Assembly: GCA_964388035.1 (NCBI GenBank)
Contig: CAYLZE010000124.1
Coordinates: 1 to 13,850 of the forward strand
Reading direction: 5' to 3'
Length of the DNA: 13,850 nt
DNA from: an uncultured archaeon
Lineage (GTDB): Archaea; Asgardarchaeota; Lokiarchaeia; Sigyniarchaeales; SOKP01
Position 1 is the stretch's first letter. Every line of letters starts with the position of its first letter. The notes beneath the pieces were generated by a model. That model was not told the DNA's origin. It did no database searches and was given only the letters and a program-made list of their open reading frames with translations. Positions 1 through 7,656 of the stretch are shown piece by piece. Made by a program: the position numbers and the translations under genes.

Positions 1-70
1 TCAACACGGAATATGCTTCAATTGGGGGTCTTATTATTATTTGTTCCGGGGGAACTTTTTGTAACGTCAT
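1..70 (-). CDS. Radical SAM protein, N-terminal fragment (continues beyond the left window edge); likely paralog of 5842..6768
   Basis: Not in the ORF track. Reverse translation from ATG at 70 gives MTLQKVPPEQIIIRPPIEAYSVL, which matches the N-terminal RPPSEAYSLL of the radical SAM protein at 5842. Only 23 codons are visible. Confidence 0.75.
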   Translation of the reverse strand, partial: MTLQKVPPEQIIIRPPIEAYSVL

Positions 71-310
71 TATTCATCCATTATTTTCGATTATTTTTCA
101 TTTAAAGGCAGACATGCGGATTCTTTAATTTTGATAGGTTGGAAGAAAATATAGCTTTTCTTATTTTATAAAATAAATATGGTACTTTTTATTGCCAAAT
201 AAAATCGAACTTGAAAATTTCATTTTTTCTTTTATAATATATCTTTCTTTTCTATCTCATTAACCTATTGGATTTATCTAAAAGAATGAGAAAGGAAGAG
301 GATTTTTGGT

Positions 311-1384
311 TTAAAAATCTCTAAGAAAAACGAAATCGCTAAAATCTCTAAAGAATATTTTTTGTTTTTTGTTCAAATCGGGATAGATTTCCTTTAGGTT
401 CTGTTTAGCTTGCTCTATTAAGTTTTTGCTAAAATGTTCCGCCACAACTAAGGCATTTGTATCGGCAAAAATTAATTCTACCGTTTTAACATCTTCTTCC
501 TTTAATTCTTCTTTATTATAAATTTCTTTCAAAGTCTTTGATTGTTCTTCGTTAGTATTCTGTAGAGCTAAGATATATACTATTTTTTTTTTTTTATTCT
601 TGATATCTTCAAAAACATCAATGAGATCATCCCTAATGGCATGAGCTTGTCCCATTTTTAACAGGGCTTCAGATAGAGGATTTATTTGATAGTACAGGTT
701 TCCTTTAGCAAGAATAGCTCCAATTTTGGCAGACTTTTCAAATAGTCGTGCTCGTTGGAGTTCAGCAATGTTTAAATATTGCTCTAAAGACATCGTGATG
801 TTATGATAATACATGTATTCTTCTAGAATCATGCCTTTCATTAAATAGTCGATTGCTTGGGAGAATTCATTAATAGCCATCAATTTAATATTTTCAGAAA
901 ATTTTGAATTTTTGATGATGTCTAATCCTAATAAATATCCAAGGGAGCCCCCTAAGATACTCATGGTTTCTCCATAAGTAGTCGTGAGATCTGTTTGACT
1001 TGATGAAAACTGATTTGTAAACGTTTTACTTAATTCTTCTTTTAATTGAACATGAAAGGTGGGTTTGCCCCTTCGAGTTTCATCTTGATCAATTAAATCG
1101 TCATGAATTAAATGAGCATTGTGTAAGAATTCAACAGAAAGGGCCACTTCTCTAACCTGTTCTATTTGATCTTGCATGTAGGCAGGATTAACTACTCCCA
1201 TGAATGCCGCAATAAATAATATTGGATGAATTCTTTTTGCATTAGGATTTAGGACAAAGTCTTTGAACTGGCTTACAAAGTCATTGAATAAAAGATCCTT
1301 CTCATTTGTTAGCATGTTGCTAAAATATTGCTCCAATTTCTCATCGATTTCTTTCTTCTCGTTCTCAAAAAATTCTTCTAACAT
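311..1384 (-). CDS. Polyprenyl synthetase family protein (trans-isoprenyl diphosphate synthase fold), divergent
   Basis: KRIHP motif, first aspartate-rich motif LIHDDLIDQDETRRGKPT, second motif DDLID. Several other conserved motifs are degenerate (see findings). Confidence 0.85.
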   Translation of the reverse strand: MLEEFFENEKKEIDEKLEQYFSNMLTNEKDLLFNDFVSQFKDFVLNPNAKRIHPILFIAAFMGVVNPAYMQDQIEQVREVALSVEFLHNAHLIHDDLIDQDETRRGKPTFHVQLKEELSKTFTNQFSSSQTDLTTTYGETMSILGGSLGYLLGLDIIKNSKFSENIKLMAINEFSQAIDYLMKGMILEEYMYYHNITMSLEQYLNIAELQRARLFEKSAKIGAILAKGNLYYQINPLSEALLKMGQAHAIRDDLIDVFEDIKNKKKKIVYILALQNTNEEQSKTLKEIYNKEELKEEDVKTVELIFADTNALVVAEHFSKNLIEQAKQNLKEIYPDLNKKQKIFFRDFSDFVFLRDF

Positions 1385-1523
1385 TTTTCGTTTTTCCCTC
1401 TTTTAATGATCATATCAAATCATAATAAACAAACTAAGAATTTATCTTTTATATTTTATATTTTTAATAATAATAATATCGTAATTTAGATCTTCAATTT
1501 TTTAAACCCTTGAGATTTGGATA

Positions 1524-2030
1524 ATGAAAATAGCAGTAATAAGCGATACCCATGACCATCGTGATAATATTTTAAAAGCAGTTTCTATCATGAATGAAAG
1601 AGATGTAGATGCGCTGATTCATTGTGGTGATTATATCTCTGCTTTTGTCGTGAGATGGTTTGATGGTCTCAGCGATAAGATAAAAAAAAATTTTACAGGT
1701 GTGTACGGGAACAATGATGGTGACCGCGTGTTTTTGAAAGATAACTTGGGTCAAATCTGTAATCTAGTCGGAATGGAACTCATCGCAAATTTCGATAATA
1801 AACGGATTTTTGCTTCGCACATGCCTAATGAGGAGACAGTTAATGCAATTGCAACATCTGGAAAATTTGATATTGTATTATATGGACATACTCATTCTAC
1901 AGTAATAAAAAAATATGATAATGGCGTATTAGTCGTAAATCCGGGGGAAGCATGCGGATATTTGACCGAAAAAGGAACTTTTGCGATAATAGATACGGAA
2001 CGGATGGATGCTGAGATAATTGAATTGTAA
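1524..2030 (+). CDS. Metallophosphoesterase, YfcE/MJ0936/Vps29-like (calcineurin-like fold)
   Basis: SDTH, HCGD, GNND, SH, GHTH and NPG metal-binding motifs in canonical order; 168 aa. Confidence 0.9.
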   Translation: MKIAVISDTHDHRDNILKAVSIMNERDVDALIHCGDYISAFVVRWFDGLSDKIKKNFTGVYGNNDGDRVFLKDNLGQICNLVGMELIANFDNKRIFASHMPNEETVNAIATSGKFDIVLYGHTHSTVIKKYDNGVLVVNPGEACGYLTEKGTFAIIDTERMDAEIIEL

Positions 2031-2079
2031 TACTTTTTAATTAGAATAATATTCCATATCATAATAAATGTGAGTAATC

Positions 2080-3297
2080 ATGATGAGGTTACCCTTAGAA
2101 AATATTACCGTAATAGATTTAACACGCATGTTACCTGGACCCTACTGTACGATGATTCTGGCAGATCTAGGTGCAAACGTTATACGTGTAGAAGATCCCA
2201 AGTTTCCGTACGCAAACCCTCCGCCTTTTTTTCAAATGGGAAGAGTTCGTATAAGCGCTTTTAATTCCATTTTGATGAGAAACAAAAAATCCATGACTTT
2301 AAACCTTAAAAAGAAAGGAGCACGAGAAATATTCAATAAATTAATCTTAAATGCGGATATAATAGTTGAGACATTTAGACCGAAAATTGTAGACAAATTA
2401 AAAGTAGATTATCAAACGGTCTCAAAAATTAATAAATCAATCATTTATTGTTCTTTAACGGGATATGGACAAGATGGCCCGTATGAACAAATAGCGGGAC
2501 ACGATTTGAATTACGTGGGAATTTGTGGAATGTTAAATTTAAATCGACCCCGAAACACAATGGACCAAAAACAAAACAATAGGGCACCAGTAGTCCCATC
2601 ATTGCAAGCAGGCGATATTGGGGGCGGTTTGATTTCCACCATTGGTATTTTAGGTGCTTTAATTGAAAGAAACAATAATCCAGAAAGATTGGGTCAGCAT
2701 TTGGATATTTCCATGACTGATTCCGTGTTCTCTTTCATGCCCATGGCAGCGGCATATCATTTTTCTGAAAAATATACAGAAAAAGTTGAAACTCAAAATC
2801 CGCTACATGGAGACTTTCCTTTCTATACTGTTTATCGAACCAAAGATGATAAATTCGTTACTGTTGGGGCAATTGAAATGAAATTTTGGCATGCATTGTG
2901 TAAAGGACTCGGCCGTGAGGATCTCATGTTGAAACAAATGGCGCAGGGTGAGGAACGAGAGGAAGTATTTCATGAGCTTCAAAAAGAATTCTTAAAAAAA
3001 ACCAGGGATGAATGGTTTGAAGTATTTCATGATATTGATGCTTGTGTAATGCCCATTAATTCCTTTGCAGAAGCTTGCCAAGATCCTCAGATTGTTGCCC
3101 GAAAAATGGTAGTCAACACGACTCATCAAAAATTAGGAGAATTAAAAAATATAGCATCCCCAATTAAAATGTCTCGTACTCCTTTGACCATTAGAAATAT
3201 TGCACCAAAGGTTGGACAAGATACAGTGGAGATTCTCAAATCTCTAAATTATTCAGATGATAATATCTCCGAATTCAAGAGAAAAGGGATCATTTAA
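2080..3297 (+). CDS. CaiB/BaiF family III CoA-transferase / alpha-methylacyl-CoA racemase-like protein
   Basis: DLTRMLPGPYCTMILADLGANVIRVE, RNKKS, ETFRP, YCSLTGYGQDGPY, GHDLNY and catalytic Asp in AGDIGGG. The start could be 2080 or 2083 (ATG ATG). Confidence 0.92.
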   Translation: MMRLPLENITVIDLTRMLPGPYCTMILADLGANVIRVEDPKFPYANPPPFFQMGRVRISAFNSILMRNKKSMTLNLKKKGAREIFNKLILNADIIVETFRPKIVDKLKVDYQTVSKINKSIIYCSLTGYGQDGPYEQIAGHDLNYVGICGMLNLNRPRNTMDQKQNNRAPVVPSLQAGDIGGGLISTIGILGALIERNNNPERLGQHLDISMTDSVFSFMPMAAAYHFSEKYTEKVETQNPLHGDFPFYTVYRTKDDKFVTVGAIEMKFWHALCKGLGREDLMLKQMAQGEEREEVFHELQKEFLKKTRDEWFEVFHDIDACVMPINSFAEACQDPQIVARKMVVNTTHQKLGELKNIASPIKMSRTPLTIRNIAPKVGQDTVEILKSLNYSDDNISEFKRKGII

Positions 3298-3383
3298 TCT
3301 TTTTATAAAATAAGCTTTTATATTATTGTTTTTATTATTTTTAAAGAATCTATCTTCATTATTTGTAGAAAGTTTTAAAGTCG

Positions 3384-4964
3384 ATGTCAAAAGAATATAG
3401 AGAACCGAGTAAAGAAAACAATAAAAGTTCTGAAATAGAGCAATCTGATGAGCAAGAGGAGAAAGTAAAGGCTCCTACTACCCAAGAAGTGCAAGAAAAA
3501 CCCGTAATGATCAAAGCTGAAGCGTATAAGACAATCATATTGTACGCCAATAGATATGCAAATAATGCCATCCCCTCGAGTGAATGGAAAGAGATCTATG
3601 GAGTTCTAATAGGATATTCTAATGAAGATTTTGTTTATATTAATAGGGCTGAAGCATTAACTTATGGACATTCTACTGACGTGAAATTGGATGAAAAACA
3701 TTACATTTTTATTGATTCCATCGAACAAGAATTATTAGCGAATGGAAGTAATAATTATATTATTGGATGGTTTCATTCTCATCCTGGATTAAATTTGTTC
3801 TTCTCATACGTGGATATTATCAATCAGCTTGGTTTCCAAAACAATAATGAAGATGCAATAGGACTGGTCTATGATCATACCCTTTTAGGAAAGAAAAGAA
3901 AAGAAAAAATAGTTGATCAAGATGGGAAAGAACAGGAAATTACAAAATATGATACGGGATTCGAAATTTATAGGATTACCGACATAACCATGAGTGAAAA
4001 TGATCCTTCTTTTGATACTAATTATCATGAAGTAGAGTATTTCATGGAAGGTCTGAATAAATACTTTTTTGCAAACGTCATGGCAGAATTATCAGAATTG
4101 GTTTCCGCAGGCAAACCCTTACAATCTGCTTATGGTGAATCGTTAAATCAAAAATCTACTGAAACCATGGAAAGTACAACAAGGAAAAAAGATAATGATA
4201 TTCCCTATAACCTGTTAGAAGAAATCCCCCTCGACGAAGAGATTGTTTTTATAAATGAATCCATTAATTCCAGAAATGCTCAACCATATCAATTAGAAAA
4301 TGAGAGAATGATTGAACAAGCTGAAAGATTCGTAAATGATGGAATGAAAGCTTTTAAAAATAAAGACTCCATTACAGGAGTTGAATTATATAACAAGGGA
4401 ATTGATATTTATGAAAGTCTAAATAACTTTAATAAAGTTTTAGAATTATTACGAGATTTAGTCCAATATTGTATCAATAATAAGCATTTCATTTTAGCAG
4501 AAGAATTCTCAGATAAATTATTAGATTTAGCAGAACAGCAGGGTAATTTGTTCTATTTAGGAGAAGGTAATTATTACATTGGATACATTTTGTTGAAAAG
4601 AGGAGATAATGAACGACTAGAATTCGCATTGAAAAGTATTGAAAAAGCAGCAATCGACTTCGAAACAGATAAAGATTATGCATTTGCGGGTTTATGTTTC
4701 GAGAAAATTGGAATGATTTATCTAAATCGATTAAATATGACGGAAAATGCTTGTCTATTTTTTAGAGAAGCAATCCAAAATTACAACAAGGGGATTTTGA
4801 GAGGGCATTCTATGAGAACATCCTTATGGGGTAAACCAGAAATGCTAATTCAAAAAATTAAGGAATTAAGAGATGTAATGGAAGATTTAGTTCCAAAAAT
4901 AAAGAATTCTCCTTTAAAAGATAAAATTCTGCAAGATATGAAATCAATTCATTATAATTTTTAG
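3384..4964 (+). CDS. JAMM/MPN+ (Rpn11/CSN5-like) metalloisopeptidase domain fused to C-terminal TPR/SNAP-like helical repeats
   Basis: EIYGVLIG (catalytic Glu) and WFHSHPGLNLFFSYVD (HxH-x7-S-x2-D, 3768..3815). The C-terminal ~200 aa show TPR-like A/G/Y periodicity. Confidence 0.85.
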   Translation: MSKEYREPSKENNKSSEIEQSDEQEEKVKAPTTQEVQEKPVMIKAEAYKTIILYANRYANNAIPSSEWKEIYGVLIGYSNEDFVYINRAEALTYGHSTDVKLDEKHYIFIDSIEQELLANGSNNYIIGWFHSHPGLNLFFSYVDIINQLGFQNNNEDAIGLVYDHTLLGKKRKEKIVDQDGKEQEITKYDTGFEIYRITDITMSENDPSFDTNYHEVEYFMEGLNKYFFANVMAELSELVSAGKPLQSAYGESLNQKSTETMESTTRKKDNDIPYNLLEEIPLDEEIVFINESINSRNAQPYQLENERMIEQAERFVNDGMKAFKNKDSITGVELYNKGIDIYESLNNFNKVLELLRDLVQYCINNKHFILAEEFSDKLLDLAEQQGNLFYLGEGNYYIGYILLKRGDNERLEFALKSIEKAAIDFETDKDYAFAGLCFEKIGMIYLNRLNMTENACLFFREAIQNYNKGILRGHSMRTSLWGKPEMLIQKIKELRDVMEDLVPKIKNSPLKDKILQDMKSIHYNF

Positions 4965-5047
4965 GTAAAAGAAAGAAATCTTCTTTTTTAATCTATAATA
5001 ATAATAAAAATTATATTTCTTAAAACATTATCTTCCTCACTGCTTTT

Positions 5048-5785
5048 ATGGTGATCAATACCATTCCTAGAAGAAAACAAAAATTAAAATATTCAAGGAA
5101 AAATGCTTGCAAACATTTGGAACCGAAAGGAGATTATAGCAATAGCTTGCAACCATTATGTTATTGTCCTACAAGAGACTTGGTCTTAGGCACGCGGGCT
5201 TATGTATGTCAAGTATGTTCATTATACTCTCAAACAGAACGGAAAACTTCCGAAGTCTATGAACAAAGTAAAATTCTAGCTGAAAAGAGAATAAAGGAAA
5301 AAGAATTAGATCTTAGAGATTTTGAACTTGAAGAAGAAGAAGTAGATTTAACCATTGAGGAATTTGAAGAAGAAGAAGAAGAACTACCAACTAAATATGA
5401 AAAAAGAAAAGCAGGGAAAGATGAAATCGTAGCGGAAGATCTAGAAATGGAGTGTCCTTATTGCGGAGAAGTTGTGGAGGACATCGAATCACATTTAGAG
5501 ATATGCGAGCTAGCTCCAGAAGACGCTGATGTAGAGGATATAATCTCTGCTAAACTCCGAAAAAAGAAAAAAGTGAAAAAAGTAGGCAAATCCAAAGAAA
5601 GGAAGGGAAAGCCTTCCCCTAAAGAAAGTAAAGAAAAAATGGAATGCCCTTATTGTGGCAAGCAGTTTACTCGTTTAGCCCGACACCTCCCTTCTTGTTC
5701 AAAACGTCCGGAAGATGTGGATGAGGAAAAAGAGAATTCCTATATAGATGGAAAAATAGGATTGGATGAATTTCAAGAAAAATAG
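5048..5785 (+). CDS. Hypothetical protein with a Cys-rich N-terminus, acidic tract, Lys-rich tract and two C2HC zinc fingers
   Basis: CPYC-x9-H-x3-C at 5453..5506 and 5645..5698; N-terminal CKH...CYC...CQVC; poly-Glu and KLRKKKKVKK segments. Confidence 0.8.
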   Translation: MVINTIPRRKQKLKYSRKNACKHLEPKGDYSNSLQPLCYCPTRDLVLGTRAYVCQVCSLYSQTERKTSEVYEQSKILAEKRIKEKELDLRDFELEEEEVDLTIEEFEEEEEELPTKYEKRKAGKDEIVAEDLEMECPYCGEVVEDIESHLEICELAPEDADVEDIISAKLRKKKKVKKVGKSKERKGKPSPKESKEKMECPYCGKQFTRLARHLPSCSKRPEDVDEEKENSYIDGKIGLDEFQEK

Positions 5786-5841
5786 ATCAAATTCTTTCAT
5801 TATTTTAATATTAATAATTTTCAAGCCTGGTTCTATTAACC

Positions 5842-6768
5842 ATGGTAAGTCAAGACCGTATTTATTATAAAGAACCCGTTTTCAGGCCTCCCAGTGAAGC
5901 ATATTCTCTTTTGATTCAGGTTACGGAAGGATGTAGCTTTAAGTGTGATTTTTGCATGTCAAATTTACGTAAGCAGTTTCTTATTCGGAGAGTTGAAGAT
6001 ATTAAAAAAGATCTTGATATTGCAAAAAAATTATATGGAAATGGGGTTAGAAAGATTTTTTTTCTCGATGGAAATGCATTAACTACCCCTACAGAAAAAT
6101 TACTTGAAATTACGAACCATGCAAATCAACTTTTTCCTAAATTAGAACGGTGTGGCGTGTATGCTCATGCAAGAGATATATTGAGAAAAGAAGATTCTCA
6201 ATTAAGAGCATTATCTGATGCTGGACTGAAAATAGCATATGTAGGATTTGAAAGTGGGTACGATAAATTATTAGAAGCAGTTCATAAGCATGTTACTAAA
6301 GAGGAATTAATAAAAGCCTCAAAAAAATTGATGAATGCCGATATTACGTTATCAGCTACCCTAATCAATGGGTTAGGGGGGACAAATAATCCAGAGGTTT
6401 CTAATCTTCACGCAATCGAATCTGCCGATTTGATCAATAAAATATGCCCTGATGATGATAGAACATGGTATGTTGCATTTTTATCTTTGATGGTTCCTCC
6501 CGGAACGGTGCTACATGAGAAAAAAAGTAGGGGTCAATTTGAGGAAATGAGTCCTATTGAGATCTTAAAAGAATTACACACTTTTATTACAAATATTAAC
6601 TTCAAAAATAATCCTCATGCAAGGTGCATATTCAGATCAAATCACGCAAGTAATTATTTACCGATAAAAGGAGTTCTTGATAAAGATAAGCTAAAAATAT
6701 TAGAAATAATAAATTATGGATTAACTCATGCAGAAATATTAAAGCCAGAATTTTATAGAGGGTTATAA
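5842..6768 (+). CDS. Radical SAM superfamily protein (RPPSEA...QVTxGC type, no B12-binding domain seen)
   Basis: CSFKCDFC CxxxCxxC motif, FFLDGNA, YVGFESG, FRSNHASNYL. Confidence 0.9.
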   Translation: MVSQDRIYYKEPVFRPPSEAYSLLIQVTEGCSFKCDFCMSNLRKQFLIRRVEDIKKDLDIAKKLYGNGVRKIFFLDGNALTTPTEKLLEITNHANQLFPKLERCGVYAHARDILRKEDSQLRALSDAGLKIAYVGFESGYDKLLEAVHKHVTKEELIKASKKLMNADITLSATLINGLGGTNNPEVSNLHAIESADLINKICPDDDRTWYVAFLSLMVPPGTVLHEKKSRGQFEEMSPIEILKELHTFITNINFKNNPHARCIFRSNHASNYLPIKGVLDKDKLKILEIINYGLTHAEILKPEFYRGL

Positions 6769-6911
6769 AAACGCTTTAATTACCGAATTTTGCGTTTACT
6801 CTATTCTTTTTTTTATAAATCTACCTTTCATGATTCAATCGCTGAAAGAAAAAATAAAAAATAATAAAACCTTATCACATTCAAAATAAAATAATCCTTT
6901 AATGATAAATC

Positions 6912-7535
6912 ATGAAAATTACATTAATTAATGGATCTCCACGTAAAAATCGAAGTTGTAATTTCTTAATCGATCAAGCCATAAAAGGTCTCCAGATAGT
7001 CTCATCCGATTTCTTAACTAATAAAGTTCATATTACAGATTATAAGATTCTTCCTTGTAATGGATGTGACAAATGTTTAAGACCTCCTAATGAATGCCCC
7101 TTGGCAGAACAGGACGATACCAGAAAGATTGAAGAATTAATTTTAGGTAGTGATGCATTACTTATTGCTGCTCCCAATTATTTCGGTTCTGTAAACACTC
7201 AAATTAAAGTGCTAATAGATCGATCACGACCTTGGAAAATGAAAAATTATTTGCTTAAGGATGTAATCTTCGCCCCCATGGCAGCTACTGGTTTAAGAAA
7301 CGGAGGAGAAGGAGTTATATCAGATTTAATCAATTTTGCTCTCATTCAGGGAATGATAATTGTGGGAAATGCCTTGGGAAGCCCCGTGATGGAAGGAAAC
7401 ATTCCCATCACCAGCGTGCAAAAATATGAATTGAAACAATTTCTGGGAAAGGAAGAAAGCGATGAATTGGGAGGTTTGATTGCTTCTGATATTGGAAAGA
7501 GAGTAGGCGAACTTCTCATGAAATTTAAATCTTAG
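6912..7535 (+). CDS. Iron-sulfur flavoprotein (Isf) / NADPH-dependent FMN reductase family flavodoxin-like protein
   Basis: GSPRK FMN-phosphate loop, compact Cys motif CNGCDKC-x6-C, APNYFGSV, IDR, GLRNGG. Confidence 0.88.
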   Translation: MKITLINGSPRKNRSCNFLIDQAIKGLQIVSSDFLTNKVHITDYKILPCNGCDKCLRPPNECPLAEQDDTRKIEELILGSDALLIAAPNYFGSVNTQIKVLIDRSRPWKMKNYLLKDVIFAPMAATGLRNGGEGVISDLINFALIQGMIIVGNALGSPVMEGNIPITSVQKYELKQFLGKEESDELGGLIASDIGKRVGELLMKFKS

Positions 7536-7616
7536 TTTTTTCTCAATTCATTAAGATTTTTTCTTATTGTTATTACTTTACCGTTTTTCTTTATATATGG
7601 CACGCTTGTGCTTGCG

Positions 7617-7652
7617 AATCCCTAATCTTCTATCATTTAAAGATTAGATCAT
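7617..7652 (-). promoter_or_regulatory. Eukaryote-type SECIS element in the 3' UTR of the 7657..8040 gene
   Basis: Minus-strand RNA reads AUGA-UCUAAUCUU-UAAAUGAUAG-AAGAUUAGG-GAUU: an AUGA/GA tandem G-A core, a 9-bp stem (8 Watson-Crick pairs and 1 U-G) and AAA on the 5' side of the apical loop. It starts 4 nt after the UAA stop of a gene with an in-frame UGA. Confidence 0.85.
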
Positions 7653-7656
7653 TTTA

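Noticed and set aside
71-100. In-frame TGA two codons upstream of the edge radical SAM start, as a possible Sec codon
   Set aside because: Another TGA lies 8 codons further upstream with no start codon between, and the sequence does not look coding.
1572-4683. Short track ORFs 1572..1754, 2070..2264, 3359..3571 and 4489..4683
   Set aside because: Shadow or alternative-frame ORFs overlapping well-supported genes; no motifs.
5330-5383. GAA trinucleotide runs
   Set aside because: They encode the poly-Glu tract of the zinc-finger protein and are not an independent repeat element.
7600-7611. Small GCAC-AAGC-GUGC hairpin downstream of the SECIS on the minus strand
   Set aside because: Only 4 bp; too weak to call separately, though it could be part of the 3' end structure.
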